A stretch of DNA of 63,914 bases, the filler included, from Olpidium bornovanus S191 (taxonomy: Eukaryota; Fungi; Olpidiomycota), in assembly GCA_017911155.1 (NCBI GenBank). It is 32 parts of 32 records of this genome, joined end to end, with 100 filler letters (N's around TTAATTAATTAA, not from the genome) between each part and the next. Parts side by side here need not be neighbours in the genome. Positions count along the whole stretch, not along the records: positions 1 to 2,403 come from JAEFCI010003353.1; positions 2,504 to 3,607 come from JAEFCI010006091.1; positions 3,708 to 4,917 come from JAEFCI010008368.1; positions 5,018 to 6,935 come from JAEFCI010005992.1; positions 7,036 to 9,918 come from JAEFCI010007859.1; positions 10,019 to 12,017 come from JAEFCI010009811.1; 26 more parts are not named here. The stretch is one strand, 5' to 3'. A program made the translations under genes and the position numbers. The notes under the pieces were generated by a model, which made no database searches, was not told where the DNA came from, and saw only the letters and a list, made by a program, of their open reading frames with translations. Positions 1 through 12,017 of this stretch are shown here, piece by piece. Within the stretch, counting starts at the first letter, position 1, and the number at the start of each line of letters is the position of its first letter.

Positions 1-804
1 CCCGCACCCGCCACCGTCCACCGCGTTGCCCGTTCGACCCGTCGTGCTCCGTGGTGTGCTGGTGTTGGGACAGGCGGTGGGAAATTCCGTGTGCCGTTTA
101 ACGGGAATAATATTTTGTTCTTCGATTAGAGTATTCCAGGGCGCATTTGCACGGGCACCAACTTCGCCGTTATCGGCGCGTACCGTTATCGTACCCCTCT
201 GGCGGCCGCACCCCATTGAACGCGCCTACCCATCCGTCCTCCCGTCGACACAAAGGTCCGGACCGCATAACAGCCGGGCGGGGCAAAAAGGATGACTTTC
301 CCCGGGCGGCGGCGCCAATTTGGAGACACTCACACCGCGCCGTTACCACGAGGGGGGAAACGCAACCCAGCGGGGCGGCGGAACAACAAGACAAAGGCCC
401 AGATTCCTCCTCACACTTCCCCGCTCACTCCCCAAATGACAGCACAGTATTTCGGCCCTCTCGGGGAAAGCGACGGTTCTTTCCGGACGAGGGACGGGGT
501 GAACCGCATTATGACCCTACCGAGGCGGATGCAACGCGACGCTGTGCCCGAAAGAGTGGCTTAACGATGATCGGATATCGCACGGCATTAGAAAGTGACG
601 CTGAAAGTAGGTTCGGTTCGATAACCGCTTCCTTGCATCCGGTCCGAGTACATCGCGCCGGACGCGACTATCGGCCTTTACAGGAGGAAAACCCGAGCGT
701 CAAAACATTAAACATGCGCTCTGCGCGCCGGCCTCCCGAGGAACCAAAAAAAAAAAAAACCAAAAAAGGAAAAAAAAAGAAAAAAAGAAGAAGCACCACA
801 CGTA

Positions 805-2288
805 CGATTTGCTTGAAGGTCGGTACATGGCCTTGGTGGGCCGCGCCACTACAGCGGGCCTCTGCACCTCTTGAGATACCGGCTGGTGTCCAGACCACGC
901 TGGCGGTGGGATCGGGTCTCCGGGTCCAGGCTTCACGTAGCATCGCACTAGTTGCCCTGTGAGACGGCAAACGGCTGCATAAGAGCCACAGGTCTTCAGG
1001 AACTGGAATCAAACCGCCACGGTCATCTTACCGTCAGCCACGACGTTGTCAAACCGCTTCACTGCAGCTAGGGCTGCCTCGCGGTTGGCATAAACAATTT
1101 CAGCAGTTCCTGTCGACTTCCCGGCACTGTCATAGAGAAGAGTCACCTTGTGAACGGCTCCGACCTGTTTGGAAACGAGCTAGGTGATCCCGAACGGGAC
1201 AGGGAGATAAGGAAAAGCGGTGCGCGTGTTTCGATGTGGCCGAACCGAGGACGGTCGCCGTGATCCAGTTTCGCCAAAACTACGCAACTTCCGGCGTCGT
1301 CCTGGCAAGGAAGTCGTACCCTGATATCGTCGGCGGTCGTGTTGGCGTCGAGGTGACTCAGCACGACGGTGACGGGGCCGGCCACGCCACGGATCGAGAT
1401 GGGCTGCGGTGAGAGCGCAACCGGCGGCGCGGCGACCACGCGCGGTTGCCTGACCAGCGGCTCCACGACCACCTGCCGATTCCGGTTCCCGGCCGAGACG
1501 ACGTTACGCGTAGACCGCTGCAGCGAATGGGTGGTGACCAGACCGGTCTGAGGTACGCCGAGCACCCGGACGCTGCCCGCGTCGACGGCCTTGCGGGTCC
1601 AGATTTCCGTCGGGCGGCCGGTGCCGTTAGCCGCGTTCGGCCGCTTGGGGGTGCATCGAGAAAGTGGCGACGAGAGCGGGACGAGGCGTGCAGGTGGGAA
1701 GTCGCATGTTAGGTTTCTTCAACGCGTCCCCGAAGCCTCCCCTCGTCGAGAGGGGGGAGGGAGAGCGAGCCAAGCCAGGACGTCCCCGGGCCGCCCCCAT
1801 CAAACCCGCGCCCGGCTCCCGGCTCGCCGGGTCCCGCGAGCTCGGAGCCGGGGCCAAGCGACGGCGGAAGGCCAGGACCGCGTGAACAGCAGCGGGGCCG
1901 AGGGAGGGCGGGGGGGGGACGAGCGGGAAGGGGATAGGGGGCGGGGAGAGCCGGAACGTACCGCGTAAGGCAGGATGCGGCTCCGCTGCGAGGCGGTCAC
2001 GACCCTGGTCTTCCCTGCCCCGCTGTTGTTGCCGAGAACCACGACGTGGCCAACCTGGCCGCCCTTCCGCTGGACGGCTCCCCCACCACCACCACCTCCT
2101 CCTCCTCCTCCTGCTCCCGGCGCCCCGGCGCCGCCCCGTGGGGCGTGGTTGTTCTGGTGCTGAGCCCTGCTCGCGGCGTTCGCCTTCTGCGGCTGGTTGC
2201 GAAAGTTCCTGTTCTTCTTTTCCTTCCTGTTTCTGTCGTGCATGATGATGTCGTCCAACGACATGTCGAGGCGGTCCATGGTTGACAC
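805..2288 (-). CDS. YRA1: Aly/REF (Yra1/THOC4) mRNA export adaptor, multi-exon, 3' end uncertain
   Basis: N-terminal REF motif DRLDMSLDDII, Gly-rich linker, then RRM pieces VTVVLSHLDANTTADDI, SAGKSTGTAEIVYANREAALAAVKRFDNVVADG and QLVRCYVK, separated by GT-AG introns. Confidence 0.85.
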
Positions 2289-2302
2289 CTTTCCCTTTCC
2301 CT

Positions 2303-2334
<32 letters not shown>

Positions 2335-2503
2335 CCCTTGCCCGAAAATTACCTCCGGGTCCGCTCGCATACTGCGCAATTTCCTTTGAATTGAATCTTC
2401 CCCNNNNNNNNNNNNNNNNNNNNNNNNNNNNNNNNNNNNNNNNNNNNTTAATTAATTAANNNNNNNNNNNNNNNNNNNNNNNNNNNNNNNNNNNNNNNNN
2501 NNN

Positions 2504-3607
2504 CTCTTTGAAGAAGGCGCGGCCATCAAGTCTTTCAAGCTGATTGAGAACGGCGTGTTCAAAACCGAAGAGATCACCGAAATCCTCCGGTCCCCCGGCC
2601 GCCACGAGGGCTGCTCCGGGACGCGCAACCTGTCGGACAACCTGTCGGACCTCAAGGCCCAGGTGGCGGCGAACCACAAGGGGATCGCCCTGGTCCGCGC
2701 GCTCATCGCGGAGTACGGACGCGACGTCGTCCACGCCTACATGCACCACATCCGGGACAACGCCGAGATCGCCGTGCGCGACCTGCTCAAGGGGCTGGCA
2801 GCCGGCCGCCGCGGCCCGCGCGGGCGCTCCGGGCCGTCGGGCGAGCTGATCCTCGAGGCGACGGATTACATGGACGACGGAAGCCCCATCTGCCTGAAAG
2901 TGACCGTCGACGGCAGCACCGGGGATGCGGTGTTCGATTTCGAGGGCACGGGGCTCGAGGTCTGTTCTGGCGGCGAAGAGCGTGATTGCGGGGCCCCCTC
3001 GCCGAAAGGGCCCCCCGCGGCGGCCTGCGCAGAAACCTGTTTCGACTTGATTTTGTTCGCGCCCCCGTCGCCGCCCCCCGCGTCGCCCGCATTCCGCAGG
3101 TGTACGGCAACACAAACGCCCCGCCGTCGGTCACCGCTTCCGCGATCATCTACTGCCTGCGCTGCATGGTCGACCGCGACATCCCTCTGAACCAGGGCTG
3201 CCTCGGTCCGGTGACCATCCGGATACCGGAAAACTCGCTCCTGAATCCGTCCGAGAACGCCGCCGTGGTGGGCGGGAACGTGCTGACCTCGCAGCGCCTC
3301 TGCGACGTCATTTTCAAGGCGTTCGGGGCGTGCGCGGCCTCCCAGGGCGACACCAACAACGTGACCTTCGGCGACAGCGAGGTGCGGCACCGCCCGCGGG
3401 ACGGACGGGCCCTTTGGTCCGCCACTGCTCCCGCAGTTTTTTTTTTTTTTTTGGGGGGGGGGCCCTCTGCTGCTGCGCAACGTGCTGCTCACGCGGTTTT
3501 CGTCTCCGCTATTTCCTCGGGCGGCCCCCCCCCCCCCCCCCCCCCCTCCGCCCCCACAAGTTCGGTTATTACGAAACTATCGGCGGAGGTGCGGGTGCTG
3601 GGCCGAC
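2504..3607 (+). CDS. OXP1: 5-oxoprolinase (hydantoinase B domain), internal fragment with 2 introns
   Basis: [64 protein letters not shown] and [14 protein letters not shown] are OPLAH/Oxp1 signatures. Confidence 0.95.
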
Positions 3608-3725
3608 NNNNNNNNNNNNNNNNNNNNNNNNNNNNNNNNNNNNNNNNNNNNTTAATTAATTAANNNNNNNNNNNNNNNNNNNNNNNNNNNNNNNNNNNNN
3701 NNNNNNNCATGAAACGAACAGCAAG

Positions 3726-4917
3726 TACTTGAAGATCTCTGGGGTCTTTTCGGCGACCTGCGGCTGCCGAAGGTGGTTATTAAGCCTGGAGACGTTCTTT
3801 CGTGACCCTGTCGTGCGAGCTAACGCGTCTTAAAAAAATTCCTTTCTTTGTTTTTAGCCGGTGTACGTTAAGCATTGGGCAACTCGCGCAGTGTGCTTAA
3901 TCGCTGTGCCTGCAGCGATATACATATGGTCTTTCTGGCTACATTTTCTCATCCTGAACATGAGCGGGCCAGGAGACGCGCAAATGAGCTCGCTGTTCCA
4001 AGCGGGCCTCGAAGGAAACAAATTCCACGAGAATCCGCTAAGTACGGAGTCCTGAACGCTTAGCCCGAGGGAGCGGGAAGAACGGAGGGAGGTTCCGCTG
4101 AACCCTCGCCTTTCCAGTGATTGCGTACGGGTCCAAAATCACTCTGAAGAACAACGGGTACGGGGGCGGGCTCCTCCATTCTCACGTGCAGGCCTACCCG
4201 TCCGGATCCAAGCAGCAGCAGGTAACCTGCTACCATCACAAGGACAGTAACAACAATTGGATCGTGCGGCCTCCGCGAGACGCTAAGATCAGCCAAGAAG
4301 GCGACGAGGTGCAATACGTCAAAGAAGGGGACGTAATCCGCCTGGTGCACGCCAGCACGGGTCGCAACCTGCACAGTCACGCGTTCAAGGCGCCGGTCAC
4401 CACTTCCCAGTGGGAGGTGTCGGCCTACGGGAACGACACCGTCGGCGACAGCAACGACTACTGGCGCGTCGAGATTGTGGACGACATCTACGACGGGAGG
4501 GTGGAGACGGTCCGCTCGCTCACGACCCGCATCCGCCTGCGGCACGTGCCGCAAGGGTGCCTCCTCAGATCTCACGGCGTGAACCTGCCGCAGTGGGGAT
4601 TCAAGCAGGCAGAGGTTGTTTGCGACAAGAAGAACGACCTCAGCAGTCTTAATAACATGTGGAACGTCGAACAGCACTGGAATGAGATGCGTACGAAACT
4701 AGGATTTTGCGGTTTTCGCCTTCTCGAGCTTTTCGGCACGAGGTTACGGCAATTGCGAGGGGGAAAGAGTGGGGCCGGGGGGGGAGGGGGCCCGATCTTT
4801 CGGTTGCCGATGCACTAATTTTTATTTGTTGCCCTGGCCCGCGCAGTGCCTCCGGGCAACCGGACGACGTACAAATCAAAATTTTTCAAGGACTTCATTG
4901 ACCTCAACGTCGCCATG
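3726..4917 (+). CDS. PMT2: Dolichyl-phosphate-mannose:protein O-mannosyltransferase, PMT2 subfamily, fragment with MIR domains
   Basis: LEDLWGLFGDLRLP, SGPGDAQMSSLFQAGL, GGGLLHSHVQAYPSGSKQQQVTCYHHKDSNNNW, TGRNLHSH, LPQWGFKQAEV, DFIDLNVAM. Confidence 0.93.
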
Positions 4918-5254
4918 NNNNNNNNNNNNNNNNNNNNNNNNNNNNNNNNNNNNNNNNNNNNTTAATTAATTAANNNNNNNNNNNNNNNNNNNNNNNNNNN
5001 NNNNNNNNNNNNNNNNNCATGCGGGATTCAACCGATGTCTGTGAGGCAGCTGATGATGGAAATTCTCGTGCCAGAACTTGATGAGGATGACGGCAGTGAT
5101 GCAAACCGCGAGGATAATCTGTTGGGAGTCCATTTTGATGGGGCTAGTGGGGGCTAGTGGGTTGACGAGGTTGAAAACCAGGGTGGGCGCGCGTCACGGG
5201 TTTATGTATGGCAGCACAGAGGCAGCACCACACCGGCACAGCCAATGTTTTGCA

Positions 5255-5400
5255 TATAATCCCCTGGTTTTTCCAGTAGGTTTCCCCTGAATTTCCCACA
5301 GTAATCCCCCTGTTTTTCCCCTGGTACCCCTCGCCCGCTCTCCCTGTCCCGTAATTTTCCCACAGTAATCCCCCTGTTTTTTCCCTGGAATCCCCCCGCT
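5255..5400. repeat. Degenerate ~12-bp-periodic C/T-rich tract containing a repeated block TTTCCCACAGTAATCCCCCTGTTTTT
   Basis: The block is visible at ~5293 and ~5357. Confidence 0.6.
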
Positions 5401-6033
5401 GTCCCCATATTCATTTTCAAGGCGTCGGGAGTTCGCGGGCGAGCGGGGTTGGGGCTTTACGCGTAGTCTACTTTAATTACAGAACACTCTGTCGCGACGC
5501 GTCGTCCTGTCCCCTTGCCGCGGGGCTCTTGTTGCCTACCAAAGTACCCGCTGCCCTCACCAGGCACTCTGGGTACTCTCCGAAAATTGGCACCAGTTGG
5601 AGGAGTGACTCGAAGTCTTGGAGAATGCACTCCTACTCCGGAGCGGGTTGGCGGCACTGCCGAGCCCCGGCTTGGGTTTTCTTCCCTCCCAGTGCGCCTC
5701 TACCACTGACAGGGCGTAAATCTCCACGACTCAATCCCCAAGGTCACGGGGAGCGGCCGCGTTGACAAGCTGACCACGTTTGTCAGAAGCAGAAAACTGT
5801 TATGAAGCTCGACTTGAGGCGATAAAGTGGGCTCTGTTAATCCGCGGGCTTGGTCCGGTTTTCCTTCCACAACGGCAACGAAGTGACGGTCTTGAGGACT
5901 TGGAAGAGGACCTGCGCCTGCAGCGTCAAAAAGCAAACACCAACATTAAGGATTAGTTTTTTGCGGCTGCGGGGCGAGACGACGAAGGCGGCAGAGGGGA
6001 AAGCGTCGCCGACGTGTCGACCCCCTTCCGACT

Positions 6034-6260
6034 GAATTCACAGATAAGACCCCGGGCTTAGCCCTTTGCGCGGTGGCCAGCCGCCGAAGACCTGCGCCTG
6101 AGCGTCTGCTGCGGCACTCTGCCTTCCAGGCGCCTACATCCACGGAGGATCAACGATGGCCCCCCAGCAGAGTTCCCAGATAAGACCACGGACTTAGCCC
6201 TCCGCGCGGTGGCCAACCGCCGAAGACCCGCGTCCGTGTGTCTGCTGGGCCACTCTCCTG
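6034..6260. repeat. Imperfect direct repeat, ~90-bp copies with 136-bp spacing
   Basis: GAATTCACAGATAAGACCCCGGGCTTAGCCC...CCGCCGAAGACC at 6034 versus GAGTTCCCAGATAAGACCACGGACTTAGCCC...CCGCCGAAGACC at 6170. Confidence 0.85.
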
Positions 6261-6490
6261 GAAAGGCGCGTCTCCCAGCAACGGCTACGCAAAGGGGGGC
6301 GAGTTGACGATGTTGATGGTTATGCACATCGATCTTCACACGCAGCGGTGTATGCACGGTGTGTGTGCGGAAGCGAGCGGTTGGCGGGAGGGGAGAGGAC
6401 GGAGCTAACGCCAGCGCCCGCGCCCTTTTTATACGTCCGCAGCCCTCACGGGTTTGTTTTGGCTTCACGTGCGCGGGATTTGCCGTGCTT

Positions 6491-6880
6491 TCCCACACAA
6501 CTCTCTGGGCACACCCTCCCCGTCACGACACTCCCACACAACTCTCCGGCACACCTTTCTGGTGTCGCCGGACACACCCTTCTCGTCACGACACTCCCAC
6601 ACAACTCTCTGGCACACCTTCCTGTGTGGCCGGACACGCCTTTCCCGTCACGGCTCTGCGACACAACTTTCTGGTGTGGCCAGACACATATTTCCCGACA
6701 CGATCTTTTCTGCAAAACTTCCCCTCACAACTTTCCGTTCCGGAAAGGACGGGGATGTCGCAGGCGTGCGCACATATGGCCGGTGTGGCCGGTGAGGCCG
6801 GTGTGGCCGGTGTTGCGGTGTGGCGGTGTGGCGGTGTGGCGGTGTGGCCAGTGGGGCGGTGTGGCCGGTGTGGCCGCACA
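6491..6880. repeat. Compound minisatellite: 40-60-bp TCCCACACAACTCT...CGTCACGACAC units followed by a (GGTGTGGC[C])n array
   Basis: At least 3 units at 6491-6700; 8-9-bp GGTGTGGCC repeats at ~6777-6880. Confidence 0.85.
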
Positions 6881-7065
6881 CGTGGAGCTCCCGCATGCCG
6901 GGCTATTCCTTACACACCGGGACGCACCCGCGCGGNNNNNNNNNNNNNNNNNNNNNNNNNNNNNNNNNNNNNNNNNNNNTTAATTAATTAANNNNNNNNN
7001 NNNNNNNNNNNNNNNNNNNNNNNNNNNNNNNNNNNATTCCAGCTTCCAATGATCACCTTGTTCAG

Positions 7066-9146
7066 GTGCTCACGCCTCAGGACAGCGCAATCGCGTTGAT
7101 GCCTGTTGACCACAAAGAGCCGGATGTCTGTGAAAACAAATCACCTGACCAACATGTTTTAACGACCAACGTAACAGCGGTCGGTTCATTGACGGCCGCG
7201 TCGCAGGAGGCCGAGTTTGTACAGGTTTCGCCGCAGCCGTCACCGCTCGCACCGTCGACGGAACAGTGCTCGCCCGTGCCGCCGCCCCCGCCGCCCCCTC
7301 CGCCTCCGCCTCCGGCCGGCCGCGGCGATTCGCGACTTGTTAAGCGGAGAAGCATAAGCTGGAAGTCCAGATCCAACTCGGAGGGAACAATTTTCGCGAA
7401 AGTAGGAAACGTTCCTCTCCTCAAGCCGGCGATCTGCGCTTCGTTACAAGATTTATTCAAGTTAAAGAATGCGAAAAATGGCTCGCGATGTGGCTCAAAA
7501 GGTGTCCGGGGGGCAATTGTTTTTGTACGCCGACGGGACGACGACGTCGGAACGCTGACAATTGGACTGCGCGAAAATCTGTTTAGGGCGGTCGCCGACA
7601 AAAGGAAAAAACCGAACGTTCCTCAACGAGACGCGGGCGAGGAACATTGGTAAGCTTCATAGCACTACCAAAGAAGTGTTTTTTGGAAAAAAAAAAAAAA
7701 ACAAAAAGGGGCCGTTGTTGAAAGTGTAAACGTCATTATATCCCCGCGTCCGAAGAGATATTGTTGCGAGACGTAGACCTCGCACAGATTACTCGAGCGA
7801 TCTCGGAGATGAACATCGATGAGATTCCGCCGAAGCTGATCCATCAACTGGAACAGCTTCTTCCGACTCCGGAAGAGGAGAACGCCGGCGTGCAGATCCT
7901 GCACGACTGCAATGGCGTGGTCGATCCCTGCTACCGGAGGCCGGAGCGCTTCATTCTGAACGTATGCTGTTCGAACAGAACCCCGCGTTTAATTGCTTAC
8001 TGCCTAATCGGATCGTCCCGAGCTGGTGACAGAAGGCGCGTACAGCATGCTGAGACGAACGATTCTCTGTCGCATTTCGGTATCCACAGTTGTGCGCAAT
8101 CGACAGAGGCCAAGAACGGCTGAGGGACTGCGCCGCCATCCCGCGCATGCTGGATAGCCTGCATTCGATCCGAAATTCGCAACGGCGTTTCACGCATTGC
8201 GCGCAGGCCCTGATGGCAAACGCCGACCTGCAGCGTTTGCTCCAGATCGTCCTTGAAATAGGTATGTGGCATGCATAGGCAGAGCGCGAGGTCCCCGTGT
8301 AAATGCGTACCGGAGCCGCCGCTTGGTCTAATTTTTCTTCCCGGCCAACAAGGCAACGCTTTGAACGAGGGGACCCCAATACAAACTGCCCGGGCGTTTG
8401 ATCCGGAAGTCTTGCCTTCGGTGAGATTGCGCAAAAATAAAAAAGCGATACAGGTAACTTCGCTCACAAGAATTATGACTCGCCAACCAGCTGAAATTCA
8501 CAAAGGCCAGCGACGGACGCAGTTTCGTAAACGTCCTGCGCGAAATTATGGCTTCGGAGTTTGGGGGCTGTGGAGCCGCGTTCGCGGAAGCGACCGCAAT
8601 CAAAGAAAGCATATCCGGTGCGCTGTGGCCGGATGTTTTGAGACGCGGCCTCCCTTGCCGTCACCGCGCTGATTTTTTTTGTAACTACCTTGGTCGGCCA
8701 GACGTACCAGGCCGCCAGGACTCCGAGCTGGCTGGCGTGGTCGCAAAAGCCTCTTCACTCGCGAAAAAAGAAACAAAACCTAGTTTCAAGGTGAGCCGAC
8801 GGATTGCCGGTTTTGGGCTTCCCGCGCGATTTTTTTTTTTTTTTTTTTTTTTTGCGAAGCGCCAGTCTAAAAAATTGGATAAACAACGAAGTACAAAATG
8901 CAACTTGTCCGCTAGGCGGGTATTCATAATCTCCAGCGCGAGTTGGAAACGGCGGTGGTCGCCCAAGCCGCCACCCACAAGGTGCACGAACAGCTGCACC
9001 GCTTTTTGTGCGCGCCACTGGAAGCCGAGAAGAACGGATGCAGCGCGCTCTTTCACTTATCAGAATTCATGAACGATCTACGTGAGTCTTTGTGGCGATT
9101 TTTCACGTCACTGTCCGGAAAAAGTGACGAATGTTTTCCAAACTGA
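7066..9146 (+). CDS. Divergent formin (FH1 poly-Pro plus FH2 domain), multi-exon fragment
   Basis: Poly-Pro tract, then ISWKS...GTIF (lasso), EILLRDVDLAQITRAISEMNIDEI, LLPTPEE, LQRLLQIVLEIG, GNALNEGT...AF and LKFTKASDGRSFVNVL. These match FH2 GNxMN and KLxDTK motifs in the correct order. Confidence 0.72.
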
Positions 9147-9693
9147 AAAAATGCCATTCGCGAATAGGTTAAAAATTTCAAAGGCCCATAGCCGACAGCT
9201 GGCCTTTTTTTTTCTTTTTCTATTCCTGAAGTCCTCGCCAGACGGGCAGCACCCTTTCGTACGATACGGCGCCCGGTGCTTTGATCTTCGAAGTCTTCCA
9301 CCAGCGACAGTTCAGTCGCATTTATTAAAAAATTTCTCGTCAGACAGGGAAGTACCCCTGCGTAATGATACAGCCCCACCCTTTCCACCTGCGCATAGAT
9401 TTTCAAAGTCTTCGCGCTGAACAGCAAACGATCAGTTTTGGAACCCCGAACCTCCCGGTGGTTTGCCGGATTTGTAGAGATGACGGACAAAATGACCGTG
9501 CTTAAGCAACTGGGAGCGCTGGTGTACCAGCACGGTGGATCTGCGCAGAGTCTGCTGAAGCCGACGAACAGGACGACGGTCCCCCCGAGAGGCGCGCGCG
9601 CCGCCTGCCCAGGACTGGGCGAGGAGCGCGCGGCTCTTTCGGGGGGCGGGTTGCCGCGCGGGCGCGCGGGTGAATTTTCCGCGGCGCCCCTTT

Positions 9694-9731
<38 letters not shown>

Positions 9732-10018
9732 CGGGACCCCCCCCCCAGACAAAGAAAATCTTGGGCCCCCGCCGGAGGCTGCCGCGGGTTGGAAGGGGGG
9801 GGGGGGTGTTTCGCCCTCGCGGACGGAAAAAAAAGAAAACGAAATTCTCCGTGCGGGAAGGAGGGGGGGGGGGACGCCCATGTGGGCCGCGCGCGAAATT
9901 TGATGTTTTTCCTCAGGANNNNNNNNNNNNNNNNNNNNNNNNNNNNNNNNNNNNNNNNNNNNTTAATTAATTAANNNNNNNNNNNNNNNNNNNNNNNNNN
10001 NNNNNNNNNNNNNNNNNN

Positions 10019-10054
<36 letters not shown>

Positions 10055-10083
10055 CCCCCCCCGCGCCCCCCCCCCCCGCCCCC

Positions 10084-10114
<31 letters not shown>

Positions 10115-10128
10115 AAAAAAAAAAAAAA

Positions 10129-10389
10129 CAAGTAGCGCCCGCGGAAAACACGCCGCCCCCCGCCGATCCGGCCGCCGCGTCGCAGGCCGCCGTGGCCGCG
10201 GGGATCGCCGCGGCCGTGGCGATCCCGCTGGCGGTGGGGCTCACCTTCGCGATCTGCCGCGCGAGCAGCCGCCGCCGCCGCCTGCTCGCGACGGGCCCCG
10301 CGGGCCCGCCGGGGTCCAAGGGCGCGGCGGCGGCCATGCCGCCCTCATACATCTCGTCGCCCGTCGAAGCTGGCGCCCCGCGGCCCGCG

Positions 10390-10428
<39 letters not shown>

Positions 10429-10938
10429 TCCGCGCCCCGCGCGCGGACGTCCTCGCAGTACTTCGGCGGCAACGACGCCCGCGCCACCCTGATCGACGGC
10501 GACGGCGACCGCGTCGCGGACGCCTTCCCCGGGCTGCCGGGCGCCCTCGGGAAGTACGTCATCGGCGCGACGTACAACCCCTCGCTCGACGACGAGATCC
10601 AAGTTCAGATCGGCGACATCGTCGAGGTTTATCAGGAGTAAGTCCTTCTCGTCTTTCTTCCCCCCACTTTTTTTTTCTTTTTTTTTTTTTTTTTTTTTTT
10701 TTTTGCGTGCGCGCGCGCGCGATGCCGCAAAGAACCACCTCTGACTTCCCTCTCCTTTTTGCCTTTTTCTTAACCCCCCCCCCCACTTCCTCGCGCGCTC
10801 CGCAGGTTTGACGACGGGTGGTGTTCCGCGATAAACCTTTCGCGAGGTCTCACCCAAGGCGTGTTCCCGGTGCACTGTATCGACGAGCGCGCGGGCAGGA
10901 TCGATGACACTTTCCAGCCGTCATCCCGGCCGCGATGA
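10129..10938 (+). CDS. Single-pass membrane protein with C-terminal SH3 domain (5' partial)
   Basis: TM helix GIAAAVAIPLAVGLTFAIC followed by RRRR. SH3 YVIGATYNPSLDDEIQVQIGDIVEVYQE|FDDGWC...QGVFPVHCI, split by an intron (GTAAGT...GCAG). TGA at 10936-10938. Confidence 0.85.
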
Positions 10939-11360
10939 GAACTTTTTTTTTTCTGTTCCGTTCGGGCGACACCCGCTCGGCCGTATATCCTGCCATAGAC
11001 CTTGATAGAAAACGACAGGCAACAAAAATAATACTGTTTAATATCGCGCGCGCGGCGCATTTTCCGCCGTCGAAATCGCACCCGTGACTCCCATATCGGC
11101 TCGGCCGCGCCTTGACCGGGTGAAAGCGAAAAGTTTGCGTTCGACCCGAAAACCGCAGAGTCGGATTTTGGGAGCGCGCGGGGGCCTTTGTTATACGTAC
11201 TGCGCCGTTATACATTAGATACAATATGTAACATGCGGCACCTCCTCCTACGGCGAACGGTGCTAGATGGCAAGAAGGGTGGCGCAGGTGTAAACAGCTT
11301 TATGTGAGGAGGCAGCGCGCAAGCACGGAACGTGTGCGCAAACCGAGGGTCGGTCCTTGC

Positions 11361-12017
11361 TCAAAGGATCACGGCGCCGACTGCCGCAGTGACGAAAAAG
11401 ACGGGGATAGTGGCGTGCGCCGCCTGACTGTCGCCGCTTGCAGCCTTCGCAGCAGTCTGACTGGCAGACTTTCCGGCCGAGTTGTCGGCCGCGTTGGATA
11501 CGGCAGCGGCAGGGGATGATGCGGGAGTGGCAGGGGCGCCGGGGGAATTGGCGGCCGGCTGGGGTTTACTGTTCGCAGGCGGGGGGGCCGGCTTGTCGGC
11601 GGGGCTGGTGTTCGCAGCAGGTGGCTTCGCGCTGGAGTTACTGTTCCCAGAGGGAGACCCCTCAATCAGCTTAAAGAGCTGTCCGTTGGACACGTAGCCG
11701 GAGGACTGGTCGGCAAGGCGAATAAACCAGTCGGTATTCATGTCGCGAGCAGGAGCAGGGCCGTCTGTTGTAAAAGCAGAGAATCAATGGGAAGGGGGGA
11801 AGGGGGGGAAGGGAAGGCGCTTCAGCGGCACCGGAGATTGCGGGGAACAGAGAAAACAAAGGCCATATGACAACCCACTTATAAAGTTACTGAAATCCAT
11901 GCGCTCCCAAATCCAGCTGCCGGAAGCGGTGGGGACGTTGCTGGTGGGGCCGCTAATGGGGGGGTAGAGCACACTGCCAAACGTGTCGCCGGTTCAGCGT
12001 GGTAGGCGCGAACAGTA
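11361..12017 (-). CDS. Ser/Pro/Ala-rich, probably GPI-anchored surface protein (5' partial)
   Basis: Small beta-type segment (NVPTASGSW, WFIRLADQSSGYVSNGQLFKLI), then a low-complexity S/P/A/N stalk and a hydrophobic C-terminal tail (IPVFFVTAAVGAVIL-stop). Confidence 0.65.
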
